Positions 23,340 to 34,082 of a stretch of DNA of 64,000 nt are shown here, piece after piece. Under the pieces are notes generated by a model that saw only the letters and a list, made by a program, of their open reading frames with translations, ran no database searches and had not been told where the DNA came from. Numbering within the stretch: position 1 is the first letter of the stretch; the number at the start of each line of letters is the position of its first letter. The translations under genes and the position numbers were made by a program. This DNA is from an uncultured Verrucomicrobiae bacterium (GTDB taxonomy: Bacteria > Verrucomicrobiota > Verrucomicrobiia > Chthoniobacterales > JAFAMB01). Location of the stretch: positions 128,001-192,000 of the forward strand of contig CAWEXO010000009.1 in the NCBI GenBank assembly GCA_963813025.1, given 5' to 3'.

Positions 23340-24824
23340 TTGCCTGCTTTACTCCAGATCAACGGCATTTCGAAGCGCTTTCCCGGCGTGCAAGCGCTTA
23401 GCGACGTTACGTTTGACGTCGATGAGGGCAGCATCCACGCGGTCATGGGCGAAAATGGTGCTGGCAAAAGCACCTTGATGCAGGTTATCGCGGGCGTTCA
23501 TCAGCCGGACAACGGTACAATCCGCTTCGGCGGTGAGCGCGTTCATTTCTCGCGCACCGCCGAAGCACAAGCGAAAGGCATCGCGATCGTTTACCAGGAA
23601 CTGAACCTGGCTCCTAATCTCTCGATCGCGGAGAACATTTTTTTGGGTATAGAACCACGAAGATCCGGTTTTTTGCTCGACCGCTCTACCCTTCACCAAA
23701 GCGCGCGGCAAGCGATGGCGCGACTCGGGCTGCATTTTGATCCAGATCGAATCGTTCGAACCCTTACCGTTGCGCAGCAGCAGCTGATTGAAATCTGCAA
23801 AAGCCTGATTCGTGAGCCGCGTCTTCTTATTCTGGACGAGCCGACCTCCAGCCTTTCCGAAACCGAATCGGCCATTTTGTTCCGCGTAATTAGCGATCTC
23901 CAGGCTCGCGGAGTCACGATTCTTTATATTTCGCATCGATTACCCGAAGTGTTTGCCTTATGCCATACGATCACCGTCCTGCGTGACGGGCGTCACGTGC
24001 GAACGGTGCCGGTGAGTCAGACCAATGAAGCTGAGATCGTCCGTCTGATGGTAGGGCGAGAGTTGCTGCAGTTCCATCGTTCGAGTGGCGATCCGAAAGA
24101 CGTCGTACTTGAGGTAAGGGGCCTCACAAAAAAAGGTCAGTATGCAAACATCAGTTTCTTTCTGCGCGGCGGCGAGATTCTTGCCATGGCCGGGCTTATC
24201 GGCGCCGGCCGGAGTGAAATCGCGCTCGGAATTTTCGGATCGCCGCCTCCGGAAAGCGGCACGATTTTTCTGCAGGGAAAGCCGGTTCATCTTCACGAAC
24301 CAACAGATGCCCTCACCGCTGGCATCGCCTTTGTGCCAGAAGATCGGAAGTCCATGGGCTTGGTCCTCAGCGCCAGTGTTGGTCATAATATTTCCATCGC
24401 CAACCTGCGGAACCTAGCGTTTGGGCCGTTCGTGGACCAAGCGCGAGAAAGCTCTTTAGTAGATCGCTTCGTGTCCCGCCTCCGGGTCCGAACACCCACA
24501 ACCGAGCAGCGCACCGGTTTGTTGAGTGGCGGAAACCAGCAAAAAGTTCTGCTCGCGAAATGGCTCGCGGTGCAACCTCAGGTGCTGATTGTCGATGAGC
24601 CCACGCGCGGCGTCGACATTGGGACCAAAGCCGAGATCTACCACCTGTTCGATGAGTTGGTGCAAGAAGGAATTGCCATCCTGATAATTTCTAGCGATCT
24701 CCCGGAGGTACTTGCTCTGGCGGACCGGATTCTGGTGATGCGCCATGGACAGATCACTGGCGAGCTATCCCGGGCCGAGGCTACGGAAGAGAAAATCATG
24801 CATTTGGCTGCGCTGGGGTCTTAG
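23340..24824 (+). CDS. Sugar ABC ATP-binding protein (RbsA-like, two ATPase domains)
   Basis: GENGAGKST, LDEPTSSL, LSGGNQQK and DEPTRGVD. Confidence 0.95.
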   Translation: MPALLQINGISKRFPGVQALSDVTFDVDEGSIHAVMGENGAGKSTLMQVIAGVHQPDNGTIRFGGERVHFSRTAEAQAKGIAIVYQELNLAPNLSIAENIFLGIEPRRSGFLLDRSTLHQSARQAMARLGLHFDPDRIVRTLTVAQQQLIEICKSLIREPRLLILDEPTSSLSETESAILFRVISDLQARGVTILYISHRLPEVFALCHTITVLRDGRHVRTVPVSQTNEAEIVRLMVGRELLQFHRSSGDPKDVVLEVRGLTKKGQYANISFFLRGGEILAMAGLIGAGRSEIALGIFGSPPPESGTIFLQGKPVHLHEPTDALTAGIAFVPEDRKSMGLVLSASVGHNISIANLRNLAFGPFVDQARESSLVDRFVSRLRVRTPTTEQRTGLLSGGNQQKVLLAKWLAVQPQVLIVDEPTRGVDIGTKAEIYHLFDELVQEGIAILIISSDLPEVLALADRILVMRHGQITGELSRAEATEEKIMHLAALGS

Positions 24825-24843
24825 GAAGACTGACATGGCAGGC

Positions 24844-25812
24844 TCATAAGTAGAAATTGCGGACCCAACGATGGGCTTTCAGCAGCTCAACCTGTTCCTT
24901 AGGGAGTCCGCGTCCGGCTCCTATTTGGCAGTTTCGTTCGACGTTTCGCACCGAACGCATTCCAGGAATGACGGTTGATACAGCCGGGTGACTCAAGACA
25001 TACCGCAAAGACGTTTCGGCCATCTGATCCAGCGAGATACCGAGGTCAGCGGCGATGTTTTGCACGCGTTCATAGACTTCTTTCTTTCGATCGCCGCGGA
25101 AATATCTGCCGCGGAAATCACCTTCGGCAAACGTGGTTTTCGGCGTAATCGTTCCTGTCAGCCCCCCTTCATCCAATGCCACACGTACAATTACCCCAAC
25201 CTGTTGCCGTTCACATGCGGGAAACAGTTGATCTTCAGGGCTCTGCTCAAAAATATTATAGATGACTTGAACGGTATCTACCACGCCTGTCTCAATGAGT
25301 TTGAGCGCATTATCCGGCTGATAGTCATTTATTGAGACGCCAAAAAAGCTCAGTTTCCCTTGTTTCTTGAGCTGTTGAATGGCGTCTAACCAATCGCCGT
25401 GGTTGACCCATTCGTCAGACCAGACATGAAACTGCTGTACATCAATCCTATCCAACCCAAGATTTCTCAAGCTCTCTTCGGTACAGGCTACGACATGCTC
25501 AGAAGGAAAGGTTTCTTCCACCGACACCCCTGATTGTGCGGGCCACTGACGATTCTTTGGTGGAATTTTTGTTGCCACGTAGACCGTTTCAGAGCGTTCT
25601 TTGATAACCCGCCCGACGAGACTTTCACTGTGCCCTTCGCCGTAAGCTAGAGCGGTGTCGACAAAGTTCAGTCCGAGATCAAAGGCCTTGTGCAGAGCCT
25701 TGACTGACTCATCGTCCGAGGCGCCGATCCACATGCTTTTTCCGATTCCCCAGGCGCCGTAGCCGATTTCAGAAACCTGTAATCCTGTTTTACCCAGTGT
25801 TCGATAGTTCAT
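24844..25812 (-). CDS. Aldo/keto reductase
   Basis: [30 protein letters not shown] and SLRNLG. Confidence 0.93.
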   Translation of the reverse strand: MNYRTLGKTGLQVSEIGYGAWGIGKSMWIGASDDESVKALHKAFDLGLNFVDTALAYGEGHSESLVGRVIKERSETVYVATKIPPKNRQWPAQSGVSVEETFPSEHVVACTEESLRNLGLDRIDVQQFHVWSDEWVNHGDWLDAIQQLKKQGKLSFFGVSINDYQPDNALKLIETGVVDTVQVIYNIFEQSPEDQLFPACERQQVGVIVRVALDEGGLTGTITPKTTFAEGDFRGRYFRGDRKKEVYERVQNIAADLGISLDQMAETSLRYVLSHPAVSTVIPGMRSVRNVERNCQIGAGRGLPKEQVELLKAHRWVRNFYL

Positions 25813-26929
25813 TATGAGTTAGTATCTTCTTGTTATTGGTTATGCCTTGCTCGGAGGCAAGCTGATTGCCCGTCGAATACCCGGCGTTCGCTCCGCACGA
25901 TTCTCGGACGATCAACCTCAGAGCCAATTTGCAGTTTCGGATGCCAACCGACCGTCCCTCGAGCAAGTCAATTGCTGCCAAAGCAGCCTGTTCCCCTTGC
26001 TTGATCGGTTCAGTATCGACCGTCGTGAGCGGGGGGTTGGAATACGCAGCAATCGGTAAACCATCAAACCCGACCACGGCAACGTCACCTGGAACCGAAA
26101 GCCGCGCTTCGCGAAGTGCGGCTAGCGCGCCCACAGCGATCGTGTCGTTTCCGGCGAAGAGCGCGGTGGGATGCCGACCCCGTTGCAAAATTTGGCGCAT
26201 CCCACGATAGCCGCTCTCGAGATTGAAATCGCCGTAGGCGATCAGCCCTTCCTTCGACTCAATTTGTGCCTTCTCCAGAGCCCGACGAAAAGCGCGAAGT
26301 CGTTCTCTGGCTCCGATGTAGTGGACTGGCGCATAGGTGATATGGGCGATGCGCCGATGACCCAGATCGATCAGGTGGCGCGTCGCACGCTGGGCGGATC
26401 GGCCGGTGTTTGGGCGAATCGAATTTTCCTTCGGGTGACCGATCGATCCAAAAATTACTACGGGGAATTGAGAGTCAATGAGCCGAACCAATCCATCATC
26501 CTCGGAGTTGGCATTAAGGACAATGAGTGCATCGATACTCTTGCTCTTTGCTAAATCAAGGTAAGCGGTGCGCCGCGCTCCGGCCTCAACAGCCTCCACT
26601 AATAGCCTGTAACCGCGGCGGTTACAGACCCGGCCAATTCCAAACATGAGCGGCGGAGCAAAAGCGTCGACGCTCAGCAAGTCTCCGTGAGCCAGCACCA
26701 GTCCCAGCGTCCGGCTTCGCCCACTGACCAGCATGCGGGCCGCGGAATTCGGAACGTAAGCAAGTGCCTTGGCCGCGTGAAGAACGCGTGCTTTGGTTTC
26801 GGCCCCGATGTTCGTTCCTCTCTTTTCGTTCAGCACGAAGGAGACGGTAGTCCGCGATACACCGGCCGCCCGCGCAATATCGTTGCTTGTTACCCGGCGC
26901 ATGCCTTCTATATCCCTGGCGGATGGCAC
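25790..26929 (-). CDS. LacI-family transcriptional regulator
   Basis: [24 protein letters not shown] and sugar-binding domain ([17 protein letters not shown]). The start may be 26902. Confidence 0.95.
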   Translation of the reverse strand: MPSARDIEGMRRVTSNDIARAAGVSRTTVSFVLNEKRGTNIGAETKARVLHAAKALAYVPNSAARMLVSGRSRTLGLVLAHGDLLSVDAFAPPLMFGIGRVCNRRGYRLLVEAVEAGARRTAYLDLAKSKSIDALIVLNANSEDDGLVRLIDSQFPVVIFGSIGHPKENSIRPNTGRSAQRATRHLIDLGHRRIAHITYAPVHYIGARERLRAFRRALEKAQIESKEGLIAYGDFNLESGYRGMRQILQRGRHPTALFAGNDTIAVGALAALREARLSVPGDVAVVGFDGLPIAAYSNPPLTTVDTEPIKQGEQAALAAIDLLEGRSVGIRNCKLALRLIVRESCGANAGYSTGNQLASEQGITNNKKILTHNELSNTG

Positions 26930-26930
26930 A

Positions 26931-28277
26931 CTAACTCCCTACGGTAACCGCCGGCGCATTACGAAACTGGTGGGGTATCCATTCTCCGTGCTCGGCCAGC
27001 AATTCATCGACCAGACGCCAGATTTCGTCCAGTTCAAGTTCTGAGCCGGTGTGAGGATCTAACATCGCGGCATGATAGATATAGTCGCGCTTTCCGGTGA
27101 GCAGCGCTTCTACCACGAGACCCTGGACATTGATATTCGTCTGCATGAGCGCTGCCAACTGCGGCGGGATAGCTCCGATGTGCGTCGGTTGAAATCCATT
27201 CCGGTCAACCAGACAAGGCACTTCGACGCAACAGCCCGGTGGAAGGTTAGTGACCAAGCCCGTATTTTCCACATTCCCATACACCACGCGCGGAAAGCCG
27301 GTCTCCAAGCTGTGAATGATGGCGGATCCATATTCCACGCTGCGCTCCATTTCTAATCGTGCATCGGGCGATTCCAGCTCCTCCTGCAGCGTTTGCCAAT
27401 AGGCACTTCGGGTTTCACATCGTCGAGGATATTCGTCCAGAGGAATGTGGTATCGATCAATGAGATCCTCTCTTCCCTTTTTGATATACCACGGTACGTA
27501 TTCGGCAAAGTGTTCGCTGGATTCGGTTACGAAATAGCCGAGTCGGCGAAACATGTCGTAGCGAACCAAGTTATCTCTCGGGACCCGACCTTCCTCGATT
27601 ACCTTGTGGATCAGTGGGTACAGATCTTCTCCATCCCGCTCGAACCTCAGATAGAACGCCAGGTGATTTATGCCGGCTACGACGTAATTGATTTCCTCGA
27701 GCGGCACACCGATATCAATAGCGAGCTCGTTGCTGGTGTGTTGGACGCTGTGGCAGAGACCGATGGTTCGGATGCGGGTCGCGCGATTGATTGCCCAACA
27801 GTTCATCGCCATCGGGTTAACATAATTCAGGTGTACTACCTCAGGACAGCGCCGCTCCATCTCACGGCACATCTCGACTAAAACCGGAATGGTCCGCAAT
27901 GCGCGCATGATTCCGCCGATCCCCAGCGTGTCACCGATGGTCTGGCGGAGCCCATATCTCTTGGGAATCTCAAAGTCGGTAATCGTGCATGGTCGATAAC
28001 CGCCGACTTGAATCATGTTAACGGCGTACTGCGCACCATCCAGAGCGCAGCCCCGGTCGGTCGTAGCCTCGATCGCGGTGCTAAGTCCTCGTGCCTGGGC
28101 GACGCGGTGAGCTACCAGCTCCGAAATCTGGAGTCGCTCCGAATCAATGTCGAAAAGGCAGATCTGGCAGTCAGCCAATTCTGGGAATGACAGGAGGTCG
28201 ACGAGCAGATTCCTGGCAAAGACTGTGCTTCCAGCCCCAATGAACGTAATTTTTCGCGCGGAATAATGTTTTGTCAT
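26931..28277 (-). CDS. melA: GH4 NAD-dependent alpha-galactosidase
   Basis: KITFIGAGSTVF, IPKRYGLRQTIGDTLG, NYVNPM, GLCHSVQ, TESSEHFAEY and AAMLDPHT. Confidence 0.88.
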   Translation of the reverse strand: MTKHYSARKITFIGAGSTVFARNLLVDLLSFPELADCQICLFDIDSERLQISELVAHRVAQARGLSTAIEATTDRGCALDGAQYAVNMIQVGGYRPCTITDFEIPKRYGLRQTIGDTLGIGGIMRALRTIPVLVEMCREMERRCPEVVHLNYVNPMAMNCWAINRATRIRTIGLCHSVQHTSNELAIDIGVPLEEINYVVAGINHLAFYLRFERDGEDLYPLIHKVIEEGRVPRDNLVRYDMFRRLGYFVTESSEHFAEYVPWYIKKGREDLIDRYHIPLDEYPRRCETRSAYWQTLQEELESPDARLEMERSVEYGSAIIHSLETGFPRVVYGNVENTGLVTNLPPGCCVEVPCLVDRNGFQPTHIGAIPPQLAALMQTNINVQGLVVEALLTGKRDYIYHAAMLDPHTGSELELDEIWRLVDELLAEHGEWIPHQFRNAPAVTVGS

Positions 28278-28332
28278 TGGATTTCCGGAGCTGAGCAGCC
28301 GCGGGAGTGTTTTCCTTCAAAATCCGGCACCG

Positions 28333-29649
28333 CTAAGAGCTCTGCTCAAACAGAGCGTTGACTTCCTGGCTGGCCGCTTTGAGCGTGGTCGCCGCGTCTG
28401 CCCCATTTAAGTAAATTGCATCGAAGGCCGCTCGCATGATTCGATCCACATCGCTGGCGTGGTCGGTGATTGGAAACAGAAAGGTCGCCTGCGGATCGGT
28501 CGCTTCCTCGACAAAAGCAGAAACATCCACTCCTTGCTGGGCCATCTTGGCTTTTGCAATTTCCGTCGCTTCCGGCACCGCCGGGAAAACACCGCCATAT
28601 TGCGCCACGATCTTCTGGGCGTCCGGCGAGGCCAGAAATTTCACCCACTTCCACGCTTCTTCCTGATGTTTGCTGCCGACCCAGATCGAATCCGCCAAGC
28701 CGTTAAACATCGACCGACGGCCCACCGGCCCTTTTGGCAAAGGAGCGAACCCGATATCGAATTTGCAGTTCTCCCTGTACCAATGCACGGACCAGTCACC
28801 GGTCAGAGCCAGCGCGCCTTTCTGGGCTGCGAATAGCCCATTTTCACCGGCCTGGCGGGCATTCGCCGCCGGTACGATAATTCCCTTCTTCATCATGTTA
28901 GCAATCCATTGGATCGCCTCCGCCAATTTCGGATCGTCATAGTTGAGGTGATTTGCCCAGGGGCCATCGTTAAATTTGAAACCATTGGATACCGCAAAAT
29001 GGCTCCACTCAACCTGTCCATATCCGTCCACCGAGCCATTAATCAGCAGTCCATATTGTTTGATGTTTTTTGGATCGAATCCTGCATCCAAAGCTGTTTT
29101 GCCATTTGCGTCGACAGTCAGCTTGGCTAACACCTGACCAAACGAACCGCCATCTTTCGGATTCCAATCCAGTGAGAAGAGCGACTGGGGGTCGATCCCG
29201 GCTTTCTCCAACATACCTTTGTTGTAGACAATTCCGATTGTGTCCCAATCTTTCGGTAAGCCGTATTGCTTGCCATTTCTTCCCCATACCTTGACCAGAT
29301 CGCCCAGATAAATGTTTGTCGGCACCTTGTCGCTAGCGATCAGGGGAGCAAGATCTACCAGGAGATTGTTTTGGATGAATTCCGGATACCTTGCCAGGTG
29401 ATCGGTGATCACATCGGGCGCCGTCCCAGATACGAACGCCGTATTGAGTGCGTTCCAATAGTCGAACCAACCGGTTTGGGTGATTTTGATTTTGATATCG
29501 GGGTTCTGCTTTTCGAACGCTGCTGCGCAAGCTCGGTAGGCCGGCAGTTGGTTGTTGTCCCATAGCCAATAGTTGATTTCGGTCACCGCCTGAGCGGGAA
29601 TGCCAGCCAGGACGCTGCTAGCGAGCAGGAGCTTTGTCAGATTTCGCAT
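28333..29649 (-). CDS. Oligosaccharide ABC substrate-binding protein (paralog 2)
   Basis: Signal peptide; CUT1-type motifs YWLWD, APDV and YGLPKDWDT. Confidence 0.92.
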   Translation of the reverse strand: MRNLTKLLLASSVLAGIPAQAVTEINYWLWDNNQLPAYRACAAAFEKQNPDIKIKITQTGWFDYWNALNTAFVSGTAPDVITDHLARYPEFIQNNLLVDLAPLIASDKVPTNIYLGDLVKVWGRNGKQYGLPKDWDTIGIVYNKGMLEKAGIDPQSLFSLDWNPKDGGSFGQVLAKLTVDANGKTALDAGFDPKNIKQYGLLINGSVDGYGQVEWSHFAVSNGFKFNDGPWANHLNYDDPKLAEAIQWIANMMKKGIIVPAANARQAGENGLFAAQKGALALTGDWSVHWYRENCKFDIGFAPLPKGPVGRRSMFNGLADSIWVGSKHQEEAWKWVKFLASPDAQKIVAQYGGVFPAVPEATEIAKAKMAQQGVDVSAFVEEATDPQATFLFPITDHASDVDRIMRAAFDAIYLNGADAATTLKAASQEVNALFEQSS

Positions 29650-29737
29650 AGGTTTCAGGATTAGGATTGGTTTTTAATCGTGGACGGGTTGGTTGAAAGG
29701 GTTCGGTGGTATGTGGTCAGAACCACGGCGGCGGGTT

Positions 29738-31054
29738 CTACTTGAACAACGAATTAATTTCTTGGTTTGCCGCTTTCAGTTTCGGAGTGACCTCGGCGCC
29801 ATCTAGAAAGATCGAATCAAAAGTAGCCCGCAAGATTCGTACGGAGTCGGTCGCATGCTCGGAAATCGGAAGAAAAAAGGTACCGTGTGGGTCCTGCGCT
29901 TCCTCCACGAACGCCGACACATCAACACCCTTCGCCGCCAGGCGGGCCTTCGCGATCTCGGTTGCCTCGGGAATTGCGGGGTAGACAATGCCGGTGCGGG
30001 CAACAATGGTTTGTCCTTCGGGTGACGCGAGGAATTTCACCCATTTCCAAGCCTCTTCCTGGTGTTTACTACCAACCCAGATCGAATCGGCTAGTCCGTT
30101 GATGGTCGTGCGACGACCCTCGGGACCTTTCGGCAGGGGTACGAAACCGTGCGGAAAGTTACAGTTCTCGGTAAACCAATGGACCAGCCAGGAGCCGATG
30201 AGGGCGAGAGCTCCTTTTTGCGCCGCAAACAGCCCGGTCGCCGCAGCTTGGCGAGCATCTTTTGCCGGGACAATGAATCCTTTTTTGAGACTCAAATCAG
30301 CGAACCACTGAATGGTATCAATCAGTCTCGGATCGTCGTAATAAAAGTGGGTTGCCCATGGTCCGTCGTAGTACTTCCAACCAAGAGATGCGGCGAAGTT
30401 TGCCCATTCCTCGTGACCAAGGCCATCGGATAAACCATTGAGCAACAGCCCGTACTGTTTCACGTGCTTGGCATCAAAGCCGGCTTCCGCTCCGGTTTTC
30501 CCGTTCGCATCGATACTGAGCTTGGCGAGCACCTGGCCAAATGACCCTCCATCGCTCGGGTTCCACTCCAATTTCCAGAAGGACCGAGGATCGATCCCCG
30601 CTTTGTCCAGCATGGCCTTGTTGTAAACAATGCCGATCGTGTCCCAATCCTTGGGTAATCCGTACTGCTTGCCGTTTTTTCCCCAGACCTTCACTAACCC
30701 TGTCACGTAGATATCGGTGGGCACTTTATCGCGAGCGATCAGTGGCGCCAGATCGACCAACAAATTGTTTTGAACGAATTCCGGATACCGAGACAGGTGA
30801 TTCCAAAAAACATCGGGAGCAGTCCCAGAAACGAACGCGGTATTCAGCGCGGTCCAATAGTCGAACCAGCCGGTCTGCGTGATCTTGATCTTAATATCTG
30901 GGTTTTCCGTTTCGAAAGCCTGCGCGCAGGCTTGATAGGAAGGGGCCTGGTTAGCATCCCATAACCAATAGTTAATTTCCGTGACCGCCTGGGCGGGCGC
31001 TGCGGCAATCCACAGACCGCTGGTTACAAGCAAGATTTTTGCTAGATGATGCAT
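29738..31054 (-). CDS. Oligosaccharide ABC substrate-binding protein (paralog 1)
   Basis: Same length as 28333-29649 (438 aa) and shares long identical blocks with it. Confidence 0.92.
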   Translation of the reverse strand: MHHLAKILLVTSGLWIAAAPAQAVTEINYWLWDANQAPSYQACAQAFETENPDIKIKITQTGWFDYWTALNTAFVSGTAPDVFWNHLSRYPEFVQNNLLVDLAPLIARDKVPTDIYVTGLVKVWGKNGKQYGLPKDWDTIGIVYNKAMLDKAGIDPRSFWKLEWNPSDGGSFGQVLAKLSIDANGKTGAEAGFDAKHVKQYGLLLNGLSDGLGHEEWANFAASLGWKYYDGPWATHFYYDDPRLIDTIQWFADLSLKKGFIVPAKDARQAAATGLFAAQKGALALIGSWLVHWFTENCNFPHGFVPLPKGPEGRRTTINGLADSIWVGSKHQEEAWKWVKFLASPEGQTIVARTGIVYPAIPEATEIAKARLAAKGVDVSAFVEEAQDPHGTFFLPISEHATDSVRILRATFDSIFLDGAEVTPKLKAANQEINSLFK

Positions 31055-31075
31055 TGCCTTGTTATTGTTCTGAAC

Positions 31076-31972
31076 TCATCGGTAACCGGTGTATCGAAAA
31101 GCGTCCACGACCTTGCGGCCAAAGAATATCAGGAGGACGGCAACTGGAATCATGCCAAGGACAGTACAGGCCATCAGGCCGCTCCAGTCAGGCGTTCCGC
31201 CGGCCTGCTGCGCGCGAAATGCGTTGATGGCAACCGCCATCACCCGCACAGACTCAGCGCGTCCAACCAAAAATGGCCAGAAGAATTCATTCCACGCGTT
31301 TAGCACTGAGAGGATCGTCAACGTAGCCAACGCCGAGCGGTGGAGCGGAAGAACGACGCGAAAGAAAATCGTAAAGTAGTTTGCTCCGTCAATCCGGGCG
31401 CATTCTTCCAACTCGCGCGGAGTCGAGAGAAACATCTGGCGTAAAAAGAAAACCGCAAATGGTGTCATCAGGGCGTAGGGCGCCGCCATTCCCTGATACG
31501 TATTTAGCCAACCCAGATCTTTGATCAGGATGAAGTTAGGGATGAAGAGCACGACCGCCGGGATCATGGTCGCGCCGAGAAAAAGGAAAAAGATGAACCG
31601 GCGTCCCCAGAAGCGAAGCCTAGCAAAAGCGTACGCCGCCATGGCGCTGCAGGCGATTTGCGGCACAACGACCAAGACAGTAAAAATAACGCTGTTCAAC
31701 AGGGCGCGATAAAAATCGATCTTGCCGAAGCTGGTTTGTTCGAGGCGCGGATCGCTCGGATTGATCAGCCCGATGACGCGCTCGATGTTAAACAGGGTGG
31801 GATCCTGCGGCAGCAGCGAGCCAGCGCCAGTGAACAGAGTGTGACTGTCACTCAGCGCAGTTTTTATCGCGATCCAGATCGGACCGAGAGAAATTACCGC
31901 GAACACGGCGAGCACCAGGTATCCCAGCCAGGGGGCGGCCCGTTTGCCTGAAGTGAAAGAGGCGTTTTCCAT
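31076..31972 (-). CDS. Carbohydrate ABC permease (MalG-like)
   Basis: EAA loop ELEECARIDGA; WNEFFWP. Confidence 0.93.
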   Translation of the reverse strand: MENASFTSGKRAAPWLGYLVLAVFAVISLGPIWIAIKTALSDSHTLFTGAGSLLPQDPTLFNIERVIGLINPSDPRLEQTSFGKIDFYRALLNSVIFTVLVVVPQIACSAMAAYAFARLRFWGRRFIFFLFLGATMIPAVVLFIPNFILIKDLGWLNTYQGMAAPYALMTPFAVFFLRQMFLSTPRELEECARIDGANYFTIFFRVVLPLHRSALATLTILSVLNAWNEFFWPFLVGRAESVRVMAVAINAFRAQQAGGTPDWSGLMACTVLGMIPVAVLLIFFGRKVVDAFRYTGYR

Positions 31973-32944
31973 CTAGGAACCCAGATCTGATTGGCCGGAC
32001 CGGAGAATCCGCATCTGCACGGCGGTCACAATGGCAAGGCAAAGGAAGAGGGCACATGACAGGGTCGAGGCGTATCCCATGCGAAATGTCTCAAACCCGG
32101 ACTCATAGATGTACCAGACGATGGTCCGAGTCGAGTAAGCCGGTCCACCAAGTGTGGTGACCGCAATCGTGTCGAAAACTTGGAAGGAGCCAATAATGCT
32201 CGTAACTAACACGAAAACCATTGTCGGTCGGATCAAGGGGAGGGTGATATGAAGGAAATTCCTCCAGGAGCCAGCGCCCTCGATTCGAGCCGCTTCATAG
32301 ATATCCCGCGGAATCGCTTGAATCCCGGTATAGAACAGCAAGGCAACCAACCCCATGTGCCGCCAGATGTTCACCGCCGCAATGGTCGGCAAAGCGAGGT
32401 TTCGGTCAGAAAAAAAAGCGATCCGACCAAATCCTAGCCAGTGCAGGACGACATTTCCAAAGCCGAGTAAGGGGTCAAGCATCCAAAACCAAATAATCGC
32501 GACGATGACGTTTGCGATGAGGTAAGGGGCGAGGATGATTGAGCGTAAAACCACCGAGCGGCCGAGCTGAGCCAGCAACACGGCCAACAGCAAGCCGATC
32601 ACCGTTTGAATCGGAATATTGTAGAGCACATAGAGGACGGTGATCTTCATTGCGTTCCAGAAGTTCACGTCGTTCCAAAGGTGGATATAATTCGCGACGC
32701 CGATAAACCTGGCGGTACGCAGCAGATTCCAATCGGTCAGGCTGATGTAGACCGCCCGAAAGGTCGGAAGCAGGTAAAAAACAGTAAAGCCCAGGAGCGC
32801 TGGGGCGATAAAAATCCAGGCACAAAACGATTCACGGCGAAGGAGCGACCCAAAAAAAGACTGCTTTTGGGAAGGGAGCCGCCGGGCAGTCATTTGCGGC
32901 ACACTTGCGGGGGAACCTAGCTCTGGCGATAAGCGAGCGGACAT
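31973..32944 (-). CDS. Carbohydrate ABC permease (MalF-like)
   Basis: EAA loop IYEAARIEGA; multiple TM segments. Confidence 0.93.
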   Translation of the reverse strand: MSARLSPELGSPASVPQMTARRLPSQKQSFFGSLLRRESFCAWIFIAPALLGFTVFYLLPTFRAVYISLTDWNLLRTARFIGVANYIHLWNDVNFWNAMKITVLYVLYNIPIQTVIGLLLAVLLAQLGRSVVLRSIILAPYLIANVIVAIIWFWMLDPLLGFGNVVLHWLGFGRIAFFSDRNLALPTIAAVNIWRHMGLVALLFYTGIQAIPRDIYEAARIEGAGSWRNFLHITLPLIRPTMVFVLVTSIIGSFQVFDTIAVTTLGGPAYSTRTIVWYIYESGFETFRMGYASTLSCALFLCLAIVTAVQMRILRSGQSDLGS

Positions 32945-33019
32945 AACGTAGACAGAGACTCTTGGGAGGCTTCTCGGGCTTCGTTTTCTTCGGGGGAGGA
33001 ACGGTAAAAACCGCTTTTA

Positions 33020-33056
33020 GTAACACGCGTTACAACCGATCAATAACACGCGTTAT
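33020..33056. promoter_or_regulatory. Tandem LacI-type operators
   Basis: Near-palindromes GTAACACGCGTTAC (33020-33033) and ATAACACGCGTTAT (33043-33056), with identical 12-bp cores 23 bp apart, upstream of the ABC-melA-lacI operon. Confidence 0.75.
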
Positions 33057-33199
33057 CTGAAGGTCAAGTTTGATCTTCGTTTGCCCGACCGAGTGAGGAG
33101 ACTCACCGTCGAGTTCGAGGACGACGTGGTTGCGGACCTCGGCGTGAGCTCGGTCGAACAGTAGGCCGCGTTGCGACTTTGTCTTTGGAACTTGACTCG

Positions 33200-33999
33200 G
33201 CAACTTCAATGTCTTCGTCCCGGCATTGCAAAAGAACTCCTCGGGAATCACCTGGGGGAACGGACCCGCGGCCGGTTCGTCGATCTCGATCGACAATTTC
33301 TTTATCGCCAAACCGACGGACAGCGCGATCAAGATCAATCTTGCCCTGGCCCTAGGCAAACACTTGATCCTGACACCCGGGATCTACCATCTCGACGAAC
33401 CCCTCTTTGTACTCTGGCCGAACACCGTGGTGCTCGGTCTCGGCTTTCCCACGCTGGTCCCCGGTCGAGGAAACGTCTCGATGGTGATCGCCAATGTGCC
33501 GGGGGTGAAGCTCTCGGGGGTAATCTTCGACGCCGGTCCGATCAATTCACCGGTCCTTCTCCAAGTGGGTCTGCTGCCGTCCTTGCCCATCCTGCGGGGC
33601 GCCGGAAGCGACCCAACAACCCCACGCTGCTGCAGGACGTGTTCTTCCGCATCGGTGGTGCTACTCCAGGCAAAGCGACCGTCAGCCTACAAATCAACCA
33701 GGACAACGTGATTATCGACGACGTTTGGGCTTGGCGAGCGGACCACGGCAACGGAGTGGGCTGATTTGGTCCAGACGCACGAGGGTTGGGGTCTGGGCAG
33801 CTACTGCTTCTTCAACGTCGACCCATCGATTCACGCGGCGCGCGGCTTCGAGGTTCCCGATGTGTCAGGAAGTCAAGTTGCACGATGTGCTGACCGTTTC
33901 CCTCGGCGGTGTCGGTGTGATCGACCATGTGGTCAACAATACCGGTGCCCGGCGCAGGGCGTGGCAACGATCCCGAGCTACCTGGCCGGCTATCCCTGA
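33200..33999 (+). pseudogene. Fragmented GH55-like exo-beta-1,3-glucanase
   Basis: LILTPGIYHL, VVLGLGFPTLVP, DVFFRIGG, WAWRADHG and HEGWGLGSYCFFN are spread over several frames. The 5' part is missing and there is an internal deletion near 33763. Confidence 0.7.
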
Positions 34000-34082
34000 A
34001 GCCGCTGACCAATGTCCCACGCAATGGCGGTCGAGACGTCGTGAACGCTGACCTGGACCGCGTGAGACCGGATCATTGATTA

